From Octopus sinensis (lineage: Eukaryota), in contig NC_042997.1 in NCBI RefSeq assembly GCF_006345805.1, forward strand, positions 16,678,001 to 16,742,000: a stretch of 64,000 nucleotides of DNA, written 5' to 3'. A program made the translations under genes and the position numbers. Position 1 is the first letter of the stretch, and the number at the start of each line of letters is the position of its first letter. Of the stretch, positions 53,619 to 64,000 are shown piece by piece. The notes beneath the pieces are model-generated. The model was not told the origin of the DNA, made no database searches, and saw only the letters and a list, made by a program, of their open reading frames with translations.

Positions 53619-54685
53619 CTAAAAGAGATAATAAACATAAAGAGCAAGCAATTTGTATTAAGCATCATGCAGCGCAATGGGAGAACATGAAGTTCATCGT
53701 GGCTTGAAAAACATGCAGTTTTAATATAGCAGATAGAACGTAGGGTAGTTCACTCTATTAAGACAATGATTTAGTGATAAAATAGGATAAATCATTGTAC
53801 ATTTTTGATACTGTTCATAAAAAGACCTTAACAATACAATATTCATTAAATATGGTGGGTGATATATTGAAATAGTTTAATCATGTAATAGATGAGTTCC
53901 CTTAAACAAATCATGTGAGTTGCTGGATGAATTGATTGGGGAACACACCTATTAACAAAAGGAATATAAAGTAATGTATCAAAAAGATGTGAATGACTGA
54001 TGAAGAAATGGTGCTGTCATTACAAGGCTTGATTAGAAGAAAAAATTCTGTCTAATAAGGCGTAAGACTTAAGAGGAAGATTGGTTGATATTTAATAAGG
54101 TTTAATTATTTCCTGTATTAGTAGTTAAGATAATGTTACATACAGATGTGATGGTTAAGCATCTGCAAAGCTGTTTTTTTTTCTCATTAGTTATAATATT
54201 AATTATTAAATATATTCTTAGATTTGTTTGAGAAAAGTTATAAATTTGCATAAAATGCAAACAGACTAATTTGAACTGAATAAATAGAACACTTTTGGTT
54301 TGATCATTTCCTGATAGAATGGCACTGAAGGTTATGAATTAAATATTTATGACATTAATCAAATGTTTCAAATTTATATCAGTTATCACTTTATTACACT
54401 ACATTGGACAAATAAATATTTATTAAGTTTAAAGGTAAAAGGTTTTGTACAAATAATAGTTAAATGGTTTGAAAGCATCAGCAAAATTCTTTGCAACATT
54501 CTTTAATTGTCAAAATATTTCCTGAGTGGAATAAAAAGTCTGGTTGTTGATGCATATTTGAATATTTTAGTATTTTGGTATCAGAAAAAGAAAAAAAATG
54601 GAATAAGATAAATATGTGCAACTTATAATTTGTTTACAATCATTGTACTGAGTTTCAACAATATTCATTTTCATCACAGGATCTC

Positions 54686-54759
<74 letters not shown>

Positions 54760-55382
54760 CACACACATAAACTCACACATATTCATACTGACATATGTTA
54801 GTGGATGGATCTAGAATTGGCTTATTGGTTATTATTGAAAAGATCCAGTATGTATGCACCATACTTAAACTTCCTCATAAGTGTGCAACAAAGATAGGTA
54901 GATAGCTAGCTAGATAGATAGAGAGAAAGAGAGAGAGAGAGAGAGAAATAGATAGATAGAGATAGAGAGAGAGAGGAATAAGTACATTCTATGAATTGAA
55001 TTTGTAATTAATTACCTCTAATTTTTGGCTATTTTATTTTTTGGAAAGTTTTCTGCAAATTGAGTACAGGAAGTATACAAGGAAGTGTATTTCATGCTTG
55101 TGCATACAGGTGTAAATTCAATATTCTTTGTTTGTGCATACAATGAATTTATGTCTGTGGTCTGTGTTCATTTTTCATGGAATTACTGGAGTTGTTGACA
55201 GAAATCATTGATAGGTGAAATTTATACAATTACAGCAAAAATTTTCGTATGATATCACATAAACCCCATCCTTTCTTCCCTCATATTTCCTTCTGTGTGT
55301 AAAAATTTCAATTTGATTCAATCAAATAATTAAATATCTGTTCATTTAACTAGATTTCCTGGAATATATTTGTTAAGTATAA

Positions 55383-55418
<36 letters not shown>

Positions 55419-55624
55419 ATGAATATCTTCTAAAGAAAATACTATAAAGCAAAATACAATAATATTGAGTAATAATAATCATTATTATTAGTTGACATGT
55501 TAATGGATTTTAGAATTACTAGACTACTGATAAGTAAGCCTCTTCATATTTTGTTTGGTCCTAACATTCTAGTCAAATAGTTAACACCAACAAATTTTTG
55601 GTCTTGCAAATATATATATATAAT

Positions 55625-56260
55625 GATAATTGTTTCTACTTTAGGCACAAAACCAGTACCTCTGTGAGGATAAATTACTTGATTAAATTGAACTTCCTCT
55701 GTTCTTGACTAGCATTTTGACGAGAATGAAAGGCAAAGATGACCATGTTAGGATTTGAACTCAGAATGTAAAATACCAGAACTAATGCAGCATGGCATTC
55801 CATCTGATAATTCTAATGATTCTGCCAATCCATGGTTGTAATAATAATAATAATAGTTGTTTCTGTTATAGGTTCAGAACCTGAGACATGGGGGAATGGT
55901 TAATTGATTTAATTGACTTTTGTATGCAACTGGTACTTTATTTTATTGACCTTGGGACGATGAAAGCACTGTTGACCTTAGTGGAAATTGAGCACAAAAT
56001 GTAAAGAGATTGAGCAAGTACTTCAAAACACTTTTTATGACACTTCCAATGATAAAAATAATGATTGTATTTAATACTGGCACTGGGCCACAAAAATTGG
56101 TGGTGAAAGAAGTAGTCTATCGAATTGAGTGTAGTACTGGTAGTTTATTTCATCAATCCCTAAAGGATTGGCCTTAGTGGGATTTGAAATCAGAAATGTA
56201 AAAATGGCCGAAACAAATTGTGCAAAACATTTCTTTCGGATACTTGGTCCAAATACTTGC
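55625..56260 (+). mobile_element. Three head-to-tail diverged copies of the 20820 family
   Basis: Repeated atttgaactcagaatgtaaa / aaattgagcacaaaatgtaaa / atttgaaatcagaaatgtaaa cores separated by (AAT)n-like tails. Confidence 0.65.
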
Positions 56261-57526
56261 ATTCACTAAAGATACCTGAGGGCCAGATGTTTATATAAAA
56301 TTGGTTGATAGATTTAATGTACTACACAAGAGCAGATGTGGCCCCTCTGCTAGGTTTCCATACAATTCCAATCTTCCAAATTCCACTCACAAGATATTAA
56401 TGAGCCTGGGGTTATGGTAGAAGACACTTGGTCAAAGTGTACCATTTTTTTGGATGTGACCAAAAAGTATGTAGTTGAGAAGCAAATGTGTTAGCTACAT
56501 AATTATATCACAAAAGACAAAGTCATTTGAGCAGTTCATGTCACATTCCTGGTAATAATCCCTGCTAATTCTCCCCTGGTTTAATTTGACTTTTAGAGTT
56601 ACAACAGAGTTTTTTTTTTACCAGAGTATGATGAAGATATTATTCACGTGACATACAAATGAATCAACTACATAATGATGCTGTAGTGAAGTTTTACTAA
56701 ATTGTAATAATCTTGCATCAAAATAAGTTATACTAACAGTTAGACATTCAGAAATATATTAAAAAATCATGTAGCTATGAAAACAGAAATACAATAACAA
56801 GAGGAAGTAAATTATAATTGTTTTGAAGAAGTTTTATTTTGATTCTTGGTCAGCAGAATATTATGATCCTTTCAGTTCCTGAATTCTGACATATAATTCC
56901 AGTATGATAAATAAATAAATAAATAAAATTCAGGTTTACATAAACAAAATTTTTTAAAATTATAATGACAACAGTAACCTCCCCCTCGTTATTGACCTGT
57001 GTAACAATATTGTCTTATGATACATGACTGCTGAAAAAATAAAAAGATTTACAACTCATTCTTCACGAAATGTTGTCTACATTTAACATAATGTTAAATT
57101 TAGACAGGAAATGGTAAAAAAACCAATGCTATACATTTAGTGAACAAACATGCAGTGATAGGAGAATGGTCACAGTTGCAGTTTGTGAAGATTATTTGTC
57201 ATATAAACAATCGGAGTGTTAACATTAATGAAAATGGTGATGATGTTTACCATGACAACATATTGCTACGTGATGGTGATATTGGCTACAATAGCCATAT
57301 ATTCATTTCAAGGTCCACAATAATTCTTTAAATAAGACTCCATTAAGATAAGTGCAAATAAATAAACAAATAAATAATAAAGATTTCAAAAAGTTTATAA
57401 AAAGGAATTTCAAAATGGGTGATAATAGATATTGCAGGATGATGTGTTTTCTTGGGTTTGGTTGCAGGGAGAGGAGTGTTTTATCAAAAACCTCATACAT
57501 GAACATGCCCCCTCCTCTTTACCTAC

Positions 57527-57688
57527 CTTGGAAAGCAGTTTGAACTTCTAAAACTCTGCTGGATGCTTTATCACCGACGTTATTCTGAGCAGCCACACGG
57601 ATTTGATATCTTGTCCCTGGTTCCAGATAACCTAAGAGACTCCACTTTTTCCTCCACAGATATCGTGTAGCTTGCCACGATTCATCAC
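57527..57688 (-). CDS. Internal exon encoding the C-terminal half of a fibronectin type III domain (GDESWQATRYLWRKKWSLLGYLEPGTRYQIRVAAQNNVGDKASSRVLEVQTAFQ)
   Basis: Manual translation. Acceptor tag at 57689-57691 is the first AG after a long AG-free stretch; donor AAG|gtaggt at 57521-57526. 162 nt, phase 1-1, no stops. LEPGTRYQIRVAAQNNVG matches the FN3 L-x-P-G-T-x-Y-x-I-R-V-x-A-x-N-x-x-G signature. Confidence 0.9.
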
Positions 57689-59044
57689 CTACCACCCAAA
57701 ACAGTTTGAATATTCAGAAAGTTTGCAGAAAGTTTGTTTGTGGTAGAAGCAGAGATGTGCACCAGCAGTGGTGGTGGCAGCAGCAAAGTGGTTGTAATAG
57801 TAGTAGTATTAGTAGTGGTGGTGATGGATGTAAAATGGTAAGAGTAGAAGAAAAGAAGAGTATCAGACTTGACAAGAATGTTTTGGAATTTATTCATAAT
57901 TTTTCTTTGGATTTTATTTATTTTATTTTATTATAACTTTAAAATGCAAGAACTTAAACTTTTTTTTTTACTTTAGTTATAATTAAATCACAAATTAAAG
58001 TAATTAATTGGTTAATGCTAAAGTGTTTCTATAGTTTATTTTTTTAAATTTATTTATGTATGGATAAAAACATATCTATTTTTTCAAAGATTACATTGAT
58101 AAAGTTTAACATAGATTTCAAGAAGATTTTATGTACTACAAAGTATTTTAATTTTTATGAACATATTTTAAATAAAAAAAATTTCAAATATAAATAACTG
58201 AAAATGCATTAAATTATCAATGATTTGTTTGTTACTGATTTGCTTATTTTCTTCACAAATTAATTTCATGCAACTGTCTTAATTTAAACAAGTTTAAATT
58301 ATGATTTATTACACTTTAAACATTTCATGTGGTAAGTTGAAATTCTTTAGTGATGCAAGTTTTACAAATCATTTGCAATCATTTTTCCAATTAATCTAAT
58401 ATTATGTTTCATTGCTTGCCTAACTGTTGAGTCCCTAAGTTAATGTATATATAAATAAATACATATGTGTATACTTGTTGCAAATACATACAAGTTATTC
58501 CAGTGTTTCTGCATTTTCAAAGGAATATGAAATAGATTATCTTGTGGGATTTAAATTTTACTTCAGTTATTTAATGTTTGGCTTGCACAAAACTACTGAT
58601 TTGTCTATTAGGCATTCTTTGAACTAAAATGAGCAATGAGATTAATGTTCTTTATAGTATATGAAATACCAAAAAAACCATCACCGAAAACTCCTGAGCG
58701 AAGCTCTTCTATGTTTTGCACATTATCAATTGTAATATCAAATAATACAAGCTTCTATATTAGTTAATCTATCTGCTGATAAAAATTTCAGAGGTAATCT
58801 GGAAAAATAGTTTGAAAACATTCGGTTTTGCTGTAAGAGTTATCTCCCCTATCGATAGGCAAGATATGAATAGAGAGAGAGAGAGAATGAAAAATTTATC
58901 TCGTTTCGCTATATTTATATATTTCTCAATGTTTAATAAATTAATTATATGAAACTTCTCAAAGTATCTATATATATTTTAAGTTACCTTTCATTTACAT
59001 ACGTTCGTCATGTATGTATGTATATATATATATTATATATATAT

Positions 59045-59186
59045 ATATAACATTATTGTGAATTGAAGAAATGGAGCTGAACGCAGATTGAACAGAAATC
59101 GTTTTATTTCATTCTACACGTGTTTCGAAAGGCACAAATTACCAAAATCCGATTGAATAATGGGACCATATTGTGCCACATTATAG

Positions 59187-59190
<4 letters not shown>
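59045..59190 (-). mobile_element. Short element between (TA)n tracts with an eroded hammerhead-like fold
   Basis: Minus strand: attc...ggcacaa...ttgtgcc tttc GAAAC ACGT GUA gaat. The CUGAUGA position is degenerate. Confidence 0.3.
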
Positions 59191-59232
<42 letters not shown>

Positions 59233-60009
59233 TATATATATACATATTAATTATAAACATTAATTCAAGTATAAATAATATTTTATTTACAAATACTTTT
59301 GAATTGCTCCGCGTTTTCTAGAGGGGAACATTGATATCCGCTGATATGCTGTATAATTGTGGAAATGTTAAATTTCTTCCCTGTTTTCTACTGATTGTCC
59401 TCTTTTCCGATGACTAAACTCGATAATTGTTTCTTAAACAATAAATTGAAATTTACTCTTTGATACATATTAAAGGAAAACGAATAACTTATTTGTTTCT
59501 AAATAAATAGAAAAGTTGCTTTAAACCAGATAATTTATTCATATTATGTTTAGTTGCATAATTGAAAATATGTAGAACTCAACAGATTTTATATAGACAA
59601 TAAAAAATCAAACAGGGGAGGCAAATCTTACAAATATATATATATATATATATATGAGTTACTTCCCTGCGGAAAATTGTCACCGACATTTTTGCTCGGT
59701 TCTTTTAGGACTATTTGACATACTGTTTTCATTATGACAAGAATTTCAGAATTATTTTCTATGCAATGTTCTGAATATCCTATTTGAACCTAGGATATAT
59801 GATTCGTTGAAAGTTAGAATGAAATATATTTCCTATTGAAAAGGTTGTAAGACCCAATGAATATTTTAGAAAAATAAAAAAGAAATAAGTGGAAATTTTA
59901 CCGGTGAGTGTGTTAAATTATAAGGCACTAAAAGAAAAAGACTCTCCCCAACACAACAGAACATTCCTAAATAAGTTATACTATTTATTTTCCTTTTATT
60001 TAATTCCCC

Positions 60010-60079
<70 letters not shown>

Positions 60080-60194
60080 TACATGCATTACAGACAATAT
60101 TTATTTGTAGTTTCTCTTATAATTAGAATAATTAAAATGAAGATTGATAATTAGATATTTAGATATTTTATACATTCTTAAAGGTTATTATTAT

Positions 60195-60225
<31 letters not shown>

Positions 60226-60683
60226 AAATTAGACTTGTCTTGATATTGTGAGTGGTTTGCTTTAATTTTTCGGTTCAATATCCTCATAATGATTTTTAAA
60301 TAGCTTTTAATTTCAGGAAATGATTCTTAAAAGGAAAAAACACAAATTAAATCATATATTTTCTTTATATATTGCTTTTTATTTTAATTTGATTTTATAA
60401 AAAAACAAAAAAACACTTAGACTTGTGGTGTTTTAAGGAATTAACTCATAATTTGACTTGTCATTGAAGAATTTGAGTCAGCAAATATACAAATATTGTT
60501 TAAATTAAAAAAAAAGTATTTGTTTGTTTAACTTGCAAAAGTTTTGTTTGTTTTAATATCTGTATTAATTGATTGATAAAACACCAAGAAGAAAGAAATA
60601 AAATGTACCAAGAAAATTAGTGTGTTAGTGTAGAATAGAAATTCTTGTTTGGAAAGAAAGTAAGAATAGATAGATAGATAGAT

Positions 60684-60716
<33 letters not shown>

Positions 60717-63700
60717 GAAGGGTAAATGGGAGGGTTAGCAACAAAATTTAGATATTTATTTATTTATTTATTCTTATAAACAAACTTGTTTCTTCATAAT
60801 TATCAACATTTTCTAAAATTTTCTGAAAGCATATATTGCTAGGTAAAACTTATTCAGGACGACAAATATATGCTTATCGAAATAGGTGAGGATGTATTTA
60901 TGTGTGTTTATAAGTGCATGTGTATGTGTGTGTGTATGTATATATATATATATATATATAATATATATATATATACACACACACATATATGTAATCACAT
61001 ACAGGCAAACACACATGCATGTAAAAACATAATATTTCTACGAAATTATTTATTATAAATAGACAAATATATACCTTGGCTAAATTCAAATGACTTTCTA
61101 AATTCATAAAGCAAGTAGAAAGTGAAAATGTCATTTATTTAAATAATGGTTTATAAACAGTAATTAAAAGGAATGTCATTAATTGCATGTGGCTCTCCAA
61201 GGTATTATGTGCAGCTCCTGAAATAATCTTGTGTTTCAGTGCTATTTTCCCTAATATGGTTTTAACATCCTGCCATCTAGAATTTTTTCCAAATAACAAC
61301 TGAAAAATAAGAACTCAATAAAATCCTTCAATGAACACAGATTAACCAGTGTACATTTTTGAGTAAAATCATGTAGCAGTATATATGTCTTATTTAATAT
61401 GTGCTATGTCTTTTCAAAAAAATATGCCACTTGGCTACCCTAGGTATATAATAATCATCTTGTATCATTTTCCTATCATTTATGAAAACGTCTCCTATAA
61501 TTTCAACAGGTATGTACGGGTAGGCCAAGCTGAATTGTTTTTATGGTGATAATTCCTTTTATAATTTAGTCGGATGGAAAAATGCAGTACAAGGATTCAA
61601 AAATTGGATGGAAAGAAGGGGAGGGAATTGTCCTCAGATTGGAAATCAGGCTCAAGTGCTTGTCATAGAGAAGACTTTGCTAAAGTCACTGAAGGACTAG
61701 GTGCTAAACTAAATGAAGGTTATTTAATTAAGAATATGAACTTACTAATTGGCTTTTCTAATGAATATAATTAAAACTGGAGCTACTGTAACAGTATAAT
61801 GCAGAATGCAAAAATTTAGCAGCATAACATGGATGCATGTAGATACAAGCATTCTAGCTGTGTTATATTATATTGAGAAGGGATTGCTAAGGACACCTAG
61901 CAAACCGGGCCAGGGTGTATGTTCTGTTGTAGCACTATATACAATAAACTTATAATTATTATTATTATTTTTATTATTATAGTTTAGTGTAGATTTATCA
62001 ATTCATTGCTAAAAATTGTATTAATCTACATATTTTTTGCTTAATATTGTTTAAAAGCAGCCATGATGTCTAGGAAGTCAAATAGTCTGTTCTTAATGAT
62101 AAAATAGTAGATATTAAAATAAAATAGTAGCAATAATATTAAGTTAGGTGGTTTCTGAGTTTGAAAATATTATTTTCTGAGGTACAACTGACTTCAAGTA
62201 TATTACTGTTTTTAAAGATAGCATTTGAAATTTAAGATAAGAAATTAGTCTGAAATATTGATTTCTAATATAGGCATACATAAAGCCTTACATTTTGAGG
62301 GGGCAGATATATTTGATTAGTACCCAGTATTGAATTGGTACTAGTTTTATCAACTCTAGTTCAGAGAAATTAATTATATAAACAGACATGCTTGCTGGTG
62401 AAAATGGCTTTGTGAGTGAAGGTATAACTTGCTTTACTTGATAGGGGTTACTGCTAATGCTAATGGCTTTTCTTCTCATTATGAGCATAATTTCAATTTG
62501 ATGAAACATTCTATTTAGTTCACTGTCATCATCATCATCACCATTTAACATCTATATTCCTATATTAAGACATTCCTATATTAAAACAAATTCCTAATGT
62601 CTGTAAGTATTAGCTGAACTAGATTTTAATGAGGTGGTTGAATAAGACTGAAACATGTCTGTATTTGTTGCCATACTTGCCAAAAATCACACCCATTCCT
62701 CTGCTGCATGCACCCGTTTAAGTTTTTAATCAATACAAATTTCAGAGTCCTCTCCTTCCTTTCTTGACAAGAGTTGTCATTAATGTTAAGGATTTTTTTC
62801 TCACTAAGATATAATTTTAATTCATTAAATATTATTTTTTATTCTCTTCATTTGATATATTAGCCTGCACTTAACTAGATATAAGGATCAACCAATGCAT
62901 TAAAGTTGATCTCAACTAACATTGTATTTAAGAAAAATATACTGGGGTGGGGTGGGTCATTTCTTGTTGCCTGTTCCAGTTTCAAAGGTGGACCATAAAT
63001 GAACATTATAAACAAATAAATATTTATTTATTATTGCCTTTGATTCTTACTGCATTTAGAGTTACTAACTTGTACCTATTTACAGAAAGCTGTACTGAGC
63101 TAACCAGAGTTATAAATTTTTGCTGTACAAAAATAAAGTAATGGCCATCACTTGTGACTAAAGATGATACCTATTTAATAGTGTGTCCCACATTAAACTC
63201 ATCATGCACTGAGGTTAATGTAGTATAAACTTTTATGTACAAACAATTACGTACACTCTACAATCAGAACCACTGAACATTCTTTAATGTTCTGTTATCT
63301 ATTCCAAACATCAGAAACCTATTCCAAATATCAGAATAAACTCAAACAGTGGCAACTTAAATGTTTTGAACAGAAACACAAGGTGCTAGTAGTACATTTG
63401 AACTCAGGGCTCATGAACAGAAATCCAATATCATTTCCACTTGCCCATCATCCTTTTACATCAGAGGTTCTTAGCAAGTGAGTATAGGAATCAAGGGCCA
63501 AGGCCAAGAGACTTGACTTATAGTATTGTTACAAATATGACAAAATCCCAATGATTTTGTTTTCAGTTCTGTTCTTTGTTACTGGTATCTAAAATAAAAC
63601 TAAGCTTTTGAAATGATACTGGTACCTAATAGGATTGCTAATAGTGATGATTTTGACAGCCTGGCAAAGGAGATGCAGAAATATATTGGAAAATCCTTTG

Positions 63701-64000
63701 TAGTCTAGAATCATAAAGCAGTTAAGAACTTTTGTTCTACATTACCATAATGCAGTGTTTGCAATGGGATGTAAAGCCATAAATCTTTTGACCAATTTTC
63801 TAATGCTGTATCAAGTTACCCTGCTGCAATTCTTAAACCTAAACAATACATTACAACTGGTAAGTAATTTTTTTAAAGATGAGGATAGCATCTTTCTTAA
63901 TTATTAGATTTTATCATAAATATTTCTTAAATTTATGGTATATTGAATTTGAACTCATTTTGATTATTAATATCATTATTACTTGCAATGTGGCTGCTGT

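Noticed and set aside
63777-63859. Plus-strand segment ending ACTG|gtaagt with an open frame (KSFDQFSNAVSSYPAAILKPKQYITT)
   Set aside because: Weak acceptor, no partner exon and no recognisable domain.
57700-64000. Search for the N-terminal half of the FN3 domain
   Set aside because: No minus-strand exon with suitable splice sites and FN3 motifs was found; it is presumably outside the window.

Overview
AT-rich, microsatellite-dense eukaryotic DNA; the repeat families resemble those I recall from octopus genomes (inference, not a database result). No long intact host ORF is present. Most ORF-track entries are microsatellite translations or decayed LINEs. (1) The 3' end of a minus-strand host gene is readable by hand: a 162-nt phase 1-1 exon encoding the C-terminal half of a fibronectin type III domain (57527-57688) splices in frame to a terminal exon encoding a GPI-anchor-like signal (46518-46663). 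A frame-preserving 27/6-nt microexon candidate (53592-53618) lies between them, and a second in-phase acceptor sits in the 3'UTR. Upstream exons appear to lie beyond the window. (2) Several hammerhead-ribozyme-like motifs sit in short elements next to (TA)n tracts: one with a perfect core (1132-1179, minus), an inverted pair inside a 283-bp palindrome (43869-44151), and two degenerate ones (3239-3273, 59111-59190). (3) A ~1.5-kb CpG-rich array of GCGCATGCGC palindromes flips orientation at ~15068 and lies beside a ~720-bp duplication and a Helitron-like end. (4) Decayed RTE and CR1/L2-type LINEs and several SINE families cluster at 1-21 kb and 44-56 kb, while ~21-44 kb has almost none.
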